A stretch of 38,944 nt of DNA, taken from assembly GCA_019358935.1 (NCBI GenBank), contig JAHHIK010000081.1, positions 1 to 38,944 of the forward strand, written 5' to 3'. Positions 27,101 to 34,831 of this stretch are shown here, piece after piece. The notes below the pieces were generated by a model. It worked only from the letters and a program-made list of their open reading frames with translations, did no database searches and had not been told where the DNA came from. The translations under genes and the position numbers were made by a program. The DNA is from Tolypothrix carrinoi HA7290-LM1 (lineage in GTDB: Bacteria; Cyanobacteriota; Cyanobacteriia; Cyanobacteriales; Nostocaceae). How positions within the stretch are numbered: the first letter of the stretch is position 1; every line of letters starts with the position of its first letter.

Positions 27101-29353
27101 CTTATCGAGAATATTTTTATTAATTATTCCTAAATCGGACAAATTACCGTGCTGTTTTTCTTGGCTCAAACGTTCAAATTCTAATAAATAATGTAAATAA
27201 TCTTCTCTCAAAGAAATAATTATTTTTACAAAGCAAATATTGATACATTCGCTAAAAAATTTGTAAAACTCTCTTATTTCTTGGGGATGCTTATTAATAA
27301 AAAACAATTCTTCCATCTGGTCTAATATAATAACTATTATATGATTGCGCTCGGCTAACAACCGAATTTTTTCTAGCAGTATGCTGGAAGAATTTTCTTT
27401 AATAATTGAAAGTTCCGTTTGTACCAATGCCTTATTAATAGTACGTCTTAAAGCTGTAAGCCAATCAGTATAAACAGATAATACAATCGGCAAAGGTATG
27501 CGTTCGCCAATTACTTTTTCCTTCAAAACTGGTACTAAACCAGCTTTGAGAATTGAACTTTTACCAACGCCTGAGGGTCCATGAATTACTGTAAGTTTGC
27601 AGTCAGCACGGGTAATTCTTTCAATCAAGCGATTGATATCTTGCTGTCTTCCAGAAGCGGCTATTTCCTGAGCAAGTCCCGACTGATTAAACGGTCTTTT
27701 TTGCGGCTCCAAAACTGAATTAATTCTGTAGCGTTGTGACTGTAATTGACTAGGACCGATAAAGGCGCGAAAGCCGTACTGATGTTCTATTTGAATTTTT
27801 TCTTGCTTGAGGCTAAAAGCTTCGGTGTAATCATGACGCCCAAAAAAGTAGAGCGATCGCAACTGCTCTAAAATCTGCAAATATAGCGATGGCTCGTATT
27901 GTACTTCACAAACTACTCTCGCCCATTCCAGATTATTGATGGCTTCCTCACACTCACCCAAATGTCGCTGAGTGCGTGCCAGCAATAAAAGATACCAACT
28001 TTCCTGCTGTCGGGAAACGTCGGCGGCATTTTCGGAAATAGAAAGTGCTGTATTTGCTAATTCATGAGCTAGTAACCAATTAGACTTAGAAGCCGCCACA
28101 TCTGCTAAAAAACCATAATCTTGAGCCACTTGTGCGGGAGTACCATAAGTTTCATGCAGTCGCCGAGACTTTTCGGCTAATTGCTGCAATTCTTCCCAGG
28201 CTTGTAGGCGTTGTAGCATATCAAGCGCAGGCAAAATAAACTTAGCAACTAAGTCTTTTCTTTGCGCTGTTTCCAATACCTCAAGACATTGCTTAAACCA
28301 CAATAAAGCATCTTGCCAGTAGGTTTTGCCCAGAGTTGGGTGTAAGTCTGCCATCCGGCGATAACACAGCCCTAGGTGGAATAGTACTACCGCCTGTCCA
28401 AGTTGGGGGGATGGGATGGGGAGAGGGGGGGATGAGGGAGATGAGGGGGATGGGGGAGATGGGGGGGATGAGGAAGATGGGGGAGAAATAGTAGTCTTTT
28501 CCTTGTCCTCCTTGTCCTCCTTGTCCTCCCTGTCCCCTTCCCTGCTCCCCCTGTCTCCAAGGAGTCCCCTTGCCTCGTTCCAAAGTGCTAAACTTTTTTG
28601 ATAATGAATTAAAGCATCATCTATTTGGTCGTCGGCGTATTCGTCACGCCCCAATACGAATTCTAAACTCGCTTCTAATTCTGGTTCTAAAGTGACGTTA
28701 TATAGGCGTTGCAAATCATTACGGGCTGACTCAATTTCGCGGCGATGTTGAGATTTGGGAGCTAAATCAAGAGCAGCATTAGATAAAAAGTTTTCGGCAC
28801 CGGCTTCTAAAACTTTGGCAAAGATAAATTCTGTTTCTTGCTGCACCAAAGTAATTAAATCGTATGCAGCCATTTCAAATTTAATGGTGGTTGCCGCCCA
28901 GCTTTTAAAATCGGGTGCTAACCGAGAAAGCGATGTTGCTACTTCATCTTGTAGCCATAAAACTAATGGAAAAGGAAGACTCGTAGCGTAGATATCTCGT
29001 GCTTGGTTGATGTTAGTGAGTAAGTCTTCGAGGTCAATTACTGATTCTAGACCAGAAACCATCACAGCTGACGGTAATGAATCTGTGGCAACGGTAGGAT
29101 TATCTAGAAATAGTTCTGAAATTATTGTGGTGTGTAAGGCAGTAGTTGATGGCTGAAGAAAGATTTCTCGTAAATTGATATCTTTGGTGAGAAAGCGCAG
29201 ATGCTCCAACATTGAAGAGCGTAATTGCTGATAATTGCACCTAACTAAAATCAGGGCAAATTGATTTTTTGAAAGTGCGATCGCCCGAATCAGCCTTTGT
29301 AGAGAATGCTGATTTTCGCTTTGTTTGCTTGCATGTGTTAATTGCCATGTCAT
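24167..29353 (-). CDS. Degenerate P-loop domain - TPR-like - nSTAND1-type ATPase - TM - WD40 repeat protein
   Basis: N-terminal FALILVRCNY..VMVSGLE..FPLVLWL..APDFKSW without GKS/T; TPR-like helices; HGPSGVGKSSILKAGL and IILDQMEELF; YQLVHDYL; TM IAGLSLFIMLGTIATLWW; about 14 regular WD40 repeats. Confidence 0.93.
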   Translation of the reverse strand: MTWQLTHASKQSENQHSLQRLIRAIALSKNQFALILVRCNYQQLRSSMLEHLRFLTKDINLREIFLQPSTTALHTTIISELFLDNPTVATDSLPSAVMVSGLESVIDLEDLLTNINQARDIYATSLPFPLVLWLQDEVATSLSRLAPDFKSWAATTIKFEMAAYDLITLVQQETEFIFAKVLEAGAENFLSNAALDLAPKSQHRREIESARNDLQRLYNVTLEPELEASLEFVLGRDEYADDQIDDALIHYQKSLALWNEARGLLGDRGSREGDREDKEDKEDKEKTTISPPSSSSPPSPPSPSSPSSPPLPIPSPQLGQAVVLFHLGLCYRRMADLHPTLGKTYWQDALLWFKQCLEVLETAQRKDLVAKFILPALDMLQRLQAWEELQQLAEKSRRLHETYGTPAQVAQDYGFLADVAASKSNWLLAHELANTALSISENAADVSRQQESWYLLLLARTQRHLGECEEAINNLEWARVVCEVQYEPSLYLQILEQLRSLYFFGRHDYTEAFSLKQEKIQIEHQYGFRAFIGPSQLQSQRYRINSVLEPQKRPFNQSGLAQEIAASGRQQDINRLIERITRADCKLTVIHGPSGVGKSSILKAGLVPVLKEKVIGERIPLPIVLSVYTDWLTALRRTINKALVQTELSIIKENSSSILLEKIRLLAERNHIIVIILDQMEELFFINKHPQEIREFYKFFSECINICFVKIIISLREDYLHYLLEFERLSQEKQHGNLSDLGIINKNILDKNIRYYLGNFSSQDAISIIHSLTQRSHYELTDELIHQLVEDLAGELDEVHPIELQIVGAQLQAENITTLEQYKLCGGSKKLVQRWLEEVIKDCGQENEQLSWKLLFELTDEKGTRPLKTKADLVTVVIGDNELSLKGGEEEFPVEIEEVESEKDNKKEEITPMNVSMELILDILVGSGLVLRIWEESGDRYQLVHDYLVEPIRQKNDYGMVAELEKVRFEKTRAEVAQKLSQEQLNLVLHRRLREARIAGLSLFIMLGTIATLWWQADSQKRAAVLQTLRAERSESNFKISALTATSEALFASNKEFDALLESLRAWQRLKIADKIQPDTRMRVVTALQQAVYGVTELNRLEGHADIVWGISFSPDGQLLASGSRDKTVKLWRPDGTLLQTLKGHSDAVSSVSFSPDGQTLASSSLDKTVLIWHRNPINGEFDPQPYKTLKGHRDWVYSVNFSPDGELLATGSKDATIKLWRRDGTLVKILRGHKGWVNWVTFSPDGKFIASASDDKTVKIWRRDGSLVTTLLGHQKGVTVVDFSPDGQLLASAGRDKKVMLWRRGKSTQDVLKFRPYRILRQHTSPVWSLSFSDNGQQLASGSDDNTINVWSVRGTLLKTLKGHSDAVAGVAFSPDNKILASASYDKSVKLWSLNPPRLPILTGHKDRVLSVAWSADGKILASGSRDRTVKLWQREITNKGIVTRLYKTLLGHTDRVPSVTFDPTGQVLASASYDKTVKLWRRDGSLLHTLQGHSNSVMSVSFSPDGQLLASASKDKTIKLWNRDGSLLKTLKGHQGWVNSVNFSPDGRVIASASDDQTVKLWRRDGTLLKSFLPHESWVLGVSFSPTDRLLASASWDNTVKLWRWDGTLLKTLLRGYSDSVNAVTFSPNGELLASASWDSTVKLWSHEGKLIKTLNGHTGAVLSVSFSPQGNTLASASDDNTIILWNLDLDDLLVRGCSWMSDYLKHNHNVEERDRHMCDDITQRR
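28405..28574. repeat. In-frame G-rich/C-rich 9-mer repeat tract inside the CDS
   Basis: (GGGGATGAG-like)n 28405-28485 facing (CCTTGTCCT-like)n 28500-28558; encodes EDKEDKEDKE..SPPSSSSPPSPPSP. Confidence 0.85.
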
Positions 29354-29487
29354 AACTAAAAACTGGGCTATTAAATAAAGAGAAAAAATGCCACATCAAA
29401 AATTCAAACATACGCGCTACAGTATGTTTGAATTTCTCAGTTGTTGTATATACAGCTAAGACCAGAGATGCATCGCTGTGAGAAAGC

Positions 29488-30828
29488 TTATACTTTTGTC
29501 TTATTTTGCTGCCAAGTCACGACTTTTTCTGTTTCTGCCAAGGCAGGACTGATGCCAAACCAGCGTCCGATGCGATCGCGATATTCAAATACCAACATGC
29601 TTCGCAGTAATCTTTGGTAATCAGACTCGCCTTGAACGCTTTGCTGGTGTACTACTTCAAATAACAATTCCCATTCTTCTTCGTTAATCGCTAACAGCAA
29701 ATCGTCACGGTAATCTTTAATCACCGCTTCTAAACAGTTTCTAGTAAAAGGTGGGTCTTGCCGTTGCAGGCAACTATAAAGCAGTCCTAGTAAGTTACGA
29801 ATGTGACCGCCACTCACCCGGCATAGACGATCTAGTGTTTCTGGCTCGTCGAATAATTCGCCTATTAACGAGGGTCTGGTATTCCAAGGAACTTGAGGAA
29901 AGGCTCTGGCTAATACTAGCTGGCTTAGTAGTGACATACCTGGTTCGTAGTCAATACCATCTCTTTGCCGCACCAACACCATTGGCAAGACTTTGGGAGC
30001 AATACCTCCCCCCAGACGATTTTTTAATGTTTCGTACTCGTTCGAGAAAATTAATGGTAGGGGAATTGTGTAAACTAGATGGCATTTGAGCCGGCGCAGT
30101 TGTTCGCCTCGGTCGATGAAGAGATACTCTGGTTGCGATCGCCCGGATGCTAAAGTACGCATATCTACTCGATCCAAGTTATCGACGATGACAACCAGTC
30201 CTTTTTGACCCCGAAGTTTTAGCTGTTCTATGCCTTTGTCTAAGACTTCTTCGTTAATCGCTTGCAAAATACTATTGGTACGCGGTTCCAGATATTGCCT
30301 GAGCTGAGTACGCATCTGAGGGCTATCTTTTGCTTTGGCGCTGATTTTGGCAATACCTAAGGAAAACTCTGCCTCTGCTGATAACTGTATGGGTGTTTGC
30401 AAAAAATCCCCAATATCTTTAAACAAGTTGGCAAAGTAACCTGGTTTCAATTTGATGCCAATCGCTTCTAAACTGACACTGACTTGACGTGCTACACTTA
30501 GCAAAATGTCGCTAATATCTATATCCGCCATGTCCAAATCTTGACTGGACTCAAAATAAACGACATGAAATCCTGCTAACTCCAACTCGGCTTTGAGGCG
30601 CTGCAATTCTGTTGATTTACCGCAGCCAATATGACCTGTAAATAATTGGCAGGTCGGCTCATCCGGAGAAATACGCACGATTGTTCGTTGCAACTCTTCA
30701 ACAATCTTGCAACCACGTACATCCGAAAAATCTATGTAATACTGCCGATCCAGCGCATTACTCATATTTAACGTGTAGCTTGGGTTACAGGCTTTATAAA
30801 AAGTTGACAAATTTAGTGTGGTTTTCAT
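29488..30828 (-). CDS. P-loop (AAA+/STAND-like) ATPase
   Basis: FTGHIGCGKSTEL (Walker A), LVVIVDNLD (Walker B), SGGHIRNLL, C-terminal winged-helix-like LVFEY..RWF..SP. Confidence 0.92.
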   Translation of the reverse strand: MKTTLNLSTFYKACNPSYTLNMSNALDRQYYIDFSDVRGCKIVEELQRTIVRISPDEPTCQLFTGHIGCGKSTELQRLKAELELAGFHVVYFESSQDLDMADIDISDILLSVARQVSVSLEAIGIKLKPGYFANLFKDIGDFLQTPIQLSAEAEFSLGIAKISAKAKDSPQMRTQLRQYLEPRTNSILQAINEEVLDKGIEQLKLRGQKGLVVIVDNLDRVDMRTLASGRSQPEYLFIDRGEQLRRLKCHLVYTIPLPLIFSNEYETLKNRLGGGIAPKVLPMVLVRQRDGIDYEPGMSLLSQLVLARAFPQVPWNTRPSLIGELFDEPETLDRLCRVSGGHIRNLLGLLYSCLQRQDPPFTRNCLEAVIKDYRDDLLLAINEEEWELLFEVVHQQSVQGESDYQRLLRSMLVFEYRDRIGRWFGISPALAETEKVVTWQQNKTKV

Positions 30829-31526
30829 GTAGATGCAATTAACTGTACGTTTATATACAAATAATCTCTAACTAAAACTGTGGTTGATGATTAACTCACA
30901 AGTTTGGTCTTAAGAAGAAAAGTGCCGGACGCAAAGACGCTATAAATAGCAACTATCCTGCTCTAGTAAAGATTAGTTGTTGTCCCTGATACATTAAGTG
31001 TACCTGTTCTTTTTACAGATACTGTTACCGTTTTAACAATTTGAAGTTGAACAATTCTTTTTTTAACTGAGTTAATTTTGTACAAAAACTTACTTTTTGG
31101 TAGGGTCTTCCTTCGTATAAATGCTGATTAAGTAGGACAATTAATTCTAGCAAGATGCGAATAACTTACATCATGGTTAGTTACTATTATTGTGTGTTCA
31201 TATTAAGTATACTTAAGTATATATATGATATTAGATGTCTCAAGAAAAATTTGCAATCTTTTCCAGAAAAATTTCCAATAACTTTATGTACCAAATATCA
31301 CTTCTTCATACAAGTTTGGCAATATTTTTTTTGGTTGATTCTTTGATCGGCATCCACAAGGTACAGCATTTGCATAATGCCTTCGCCTTGGTTTCCCCTT
31401 CTCCCAAAGAAAGAGGCGATCGCGGAGTGCGGTGAAGAAATAAATGCTTATATGTGCTTGTTATTTTTTTTGCTTATAGGTATAGGACTTACGCAAAAAA
31501 TCGGCGTAGTTCCTTAATTTACGAGT

Positions 31527-31548
31527 GCGATAATTCATGAATTATCGC
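31527..31548. repeat. Perfect 22-bp palindrome, REP-like
   Basis: GCGATAATTCA|TGAATTATCGC followed by TAC. Confidence 0.7.
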
Positions 31549-31694
31549 TACAGAAGATATGTTTTGCGCTCAGGGAGTGAGGTATTGTGGCAACGACACA
31601 TCGACACTGAAGCGCATTCAAGGTGCCGAGTAGCGATCGAGGAGTGTACCCAAGTGGCACGTAAACACACACCAGAAAACGCTTTATCAAAAAA

Positions 31695-31920
31695 GGCAGA
31701 GGGCAGGAGGCAGCTATGCTGAAGGAATACTGCCTCCTGCCCTAGAAGTGTGACCGAAGGGAACAAGGGTTTAAGACCCCCACTGAACTCTTGTTCAGTG
31801 GCTCCAAGTCAGGAGGGGGCGGCGGTTCGCCGGACAGAAGGTTCTGTCCGGCGACACGCCTTTTTTCATCCCCTTCTGACTTGTTCCTTCTGCCCTCTGC
31901 CCTCAGCATAGCTGCCTTCT
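31695..31920. mobile_element. Nested palindromic MITE-like element
   Basis: 15-bp IR AGGCAGCTATGCTGA (31708-31722 / 31903-31917) enclosing several perfect or near-perfect internal stems; GGCAGAG/CTGCCCT heptamers at the ends. Confidence 0.6.
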
Positions 31921-32317
31921 TCAATTTATTTTTATGGATCGCGCATCGTCGGACTGCGATCGCCCGTATGTTGCCTCCTCATTGAAGCCTCTCGGCAACC
32001 CCTCCCCTGTTGCTTCAGAACAGGGCAGCCTTCCGTCCTGGAAGGCTGGGCAACAAAAAAGCGCTAGGCGATCGCGCTTCAGACAGGAAAAAGGCTACAT
32101 TAAGTTCTAATTCAAGACAGCAAAATTTCACTTCAGTTCAAATTACAAGCACCATAATCTTTATCGTTGTGTGGTTGTTGTAAAGTGTTACATGCAAGCG
32201 TGAAAAAGTCACCGAAGATAACCCAAGGGTGACGGCCAGGAGAGTGCGTTTACTAAAATTAATTGACGATACAAGCGTATCAACGTTCTTATACTTCCAT
32301 GTGTGAAAGGAGTTTGA

Positions 32318-33163
32318 ATGGCTGGCATGGTATCAGTTTCCCGCACGGATTTGCGATATCGGCGTCATAAATTACGTCGGCAACGGCAAATGAAAATTAT
32401 TCAGGCTATTTGGCAAACCTTTGCCGTTAGTAGTCTGTTAGGTGGTTTACTATGGGTGGCAAGTCAACCGATGTGGGTGCTTTCTGCTCCCAAACAAATT
32501 GAGATCGCTTCAGGTTCACGCTCACTTTCTCCTGAAGCGATCTCTTCACTGCTGGTGTTATCCTATCCGCAGTCATTATGGAGGATTGAACCGTCAAGGG
32601 TCGCTGACTCTTTGACAAAACAACCAACTATTGCCAAAGCAAGCGTTAAGCGTCGTCTGTTTCCACCTGGATTAATTATTGATATTCAAGAGCGAGTACC
32701 CGTGGCGATCGCGCAAAGGCATCACCAAGCAATCGCTAGTGACACAAACATTGCTTCATCGACGGGGTTATTAGATGCAAATGGAATTTGGATGAATGAA
32801 GAAAAATACACATCACTTAATCCTACCGTAAAGTTGCCCAGTCTCATAGTTATTGGTTCCTTTGAACAATACCGTCCTTACTGGAATCAGCTTTATCAAT
32901 CTGTGAGCCAAAGTTCCGTTAAAGTCATGGAAATTGATTGCCAAGATCCAACAAATATAATTCTGAAAACAGAACTAGGATATGTGCATCTCGGTGCTGT
33001 GAGTCCCCAAATAAGCGAACAAATCAAAGTACTCGCCCAAATGAGCCATTTACCTACACAACTTAATCCCAATCAGATAGAATATATCGACTTGAAAAAT
33101 CCGGAATCTCCTTTAGTACAAATGAACCAAAAAACAGTCAAGTCTAACTCTCAAACTCGTTAA
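32318..33163 (+). CDS. ftsQ: Cell division protein FtsQ/DivIB
   Basis: Basic N-terminus, one TM helix, POTRA-like region ending RRLFPPGLIIDIQERVPVA, YIDLKNP; AGGAG RBS; upstream of ftsZ. Confidence 0.95.
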   Translation: MAGMVSVSRTDLRYRRHKLRRQRQMKIIQAIWQTFAVSSLLGGLLWVASQPMWVLSAPKQIEIASGSRSLSPEAISSLLVLSYPQSLWRIEPSRVADSLTKQPTIAKASVKRRLFPPGLIIDIQERVPVAIAQRHHQAIASDTNIASSTGLLDANGIWMNEEKYTSLNPTVKLPSLIVIGSFEQYRPYWNQLYQSVSQSSVKVMEIDCQDPTNIILKTELGYVHLGAVSPQISEQIKVLAQMSHLPTQLNPNQIEYIDLKNPESPLVQMNQKTVKSNSQTR

Positions 33164-34104
33164 AAATATTAAACGGGTGAGAACTAATAATTGCTCAGAG
33201 TCAATAAATAAGTTTTATGCCAATAAATAAATATTTATTATTTTTGGTATTCCCATAACATACACAAAAATTGGCGTTAACTTCGCTCTTACAATGGGAG
33301 AAACAATTATAAAACCTTCATGCATGGGAGTAAAACCCCGCTTGTTGTTACCCTAACATAAGCGTGAAGCATTCATACGAGTGCGAGTGCTGGGGTTCCC
33401 CCTTGCCTTGGAACGCTCTTGAGTGCAACATGTTAAACATTCTGATGATAGTGTCTGGGGTGGAAAACGATTCTTTGGCATGATTAAATCTTCTACTGAA
33501 TGGAGTGCGTTAAACACAAGAGTCTGTCAGGTTTTTATTTATCAGCGACTCACAATCGAAGGATATTTTCTGCCACAACCCAACAAGGGTTTGGTTGAGT
33601 CTTCTACTCCAGGAGAGTTAATGAGACTGGTGTGAAAAAGAGAGATTTTCAAAGTGAATGGTAAGCCAGACAGTGACTTGATGCCAATTTATACAAGAGG
33701 TATGCGATCCATAAAGTAAAATTTAACCGCAACTATTATGTATTTGGAGGCACACCAAACAGCAAATCAATCAGCGAGTTCCATCAACGATAAGTAAATC
33801 ATTTGTTACCTCCAGTTTAAGGATAAGTAAGTATAAGGTAAATTTTGTGTTCTCAGTTGTAATAATCTGAATGCTCAAACTGATTAACCATATCATTAAG
33901 GAAGACAAGACGCGCCACGGCGGGTCTTTACAAGTTACACAATTCACCCAGAATTGCGCTCATGAAATTGTTAGTAGAAAAATTGCGTGTATACTAAATA
34001 ACTCGGAGTTATTCAAAATCGGTGATTGGGAGGGACTTTCACTCTCACAATGTCAGACGGTTCCTTGTGAACTCGTTCCACAAATCCCCACGACTATTTC
34101 GGAT

Positions 34105-34233
34105 GTTCGCGCTTGTGTTGTTTTGTCAAAGACGCTTTTCTTTGGGACGCACACGAAACGCGAACGAGACGCTTCTCTTGTTTTGTCAAAGACGCGCTTG
34201 GGACGAGAGGCACACAAGACGCGATCGCGTCTT
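34105..34233 (+). repeat. Two ~60-bp tandem hairpin units plus 18-bp HIP1-centred palindrome
   Basis: TTGTTTTGTCAAAGACGC at 34118 and 34178, each followed by TTGGGACG; AAGACGCGATCGCGTCTT at 34216-34233. Confidence 0.75.
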
Positions 34234-34831
34234 TCCTTGGGAGAAGGCTGTCCACTGTGTTACGCAAAACGTGTAGCGGCAACGAGGAAGAATTGGTGGT
34301 ATCAGTGGTTATATTGCTCGTGCAATTTCATATTCTACAGTAAATTTCAAGTGGTCGCAGGTATAACTCCTAAGAGTGATAATGGTAAATTTAATCATCA
34401 ATATAAATTATTAGGAGAAAAATGGATAGGTAATTGGGGATACAAAATAAATGCAACAGAAAAATAGCAGTAAAGATATTAAGGAGGAGAAGAAGTTATA
34501 CAGGTCAATATTAGGTAAATATAGGTATACTTCTCTAGAATTGGCAGTGCGCGAGCTTTACGGATTATGTACAACAGGCTTGCTTTGGGCAAGGTTGCCC
34601 TGTTCTATAGAAATAGGGGATAAGTTGTCTTGGGGCAACTTATGGACATGCGGGCGTGAGCCTGCGTTAATGGTCGATCTAAGAGTAAAATTTCGCTTTT
34701 CTAATCCTGTTAGGCTTGCAATAAGTGAGAACAAGAAAGAACATAGCCATAGATTATGGCATCGTCAAATATAGTTGACTATTGGCGTGAATAACACCTG
34801 AAAAATTCGTTGATCTACCCTTTTCAATCCA

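Noticed and set aside
31155..31985. Six short ORFs upstream of ftsQ
   Set aside because: No RBS or family motifs; most overlap palindromic elements. 31235-31435 has a hydrophobic stretch and remains undecided.
32179..32192. NtcA site upstream of ftsQ
   Set aside because: TGTA-N6-TACA has the wrong spacing; NtcA needs GTA-N8-TAC.
33430..33470. Hammerhead ribozyme core (CTGATGA 33442..GAAA 33463)
   Set aside because: No stem II between the motifs and no UH cleavage site with stem III.
34118..34195. Possible mini CRISPR array
   Set aside because: Only two 18-bp copies, the intervening sequences are related to each other, and there are no cas genes.
33871..34774. 198-aa and 107-aa ORFs in the ftsQ-ftsZ spacer
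   Set aside because: No recognisable motifs, odd Cys/Trp/Arg content, and they read through DNA repeats and hairpins (the VLSKT duplication is the 60-bp repeat). Not excluded without Ribo-seq.
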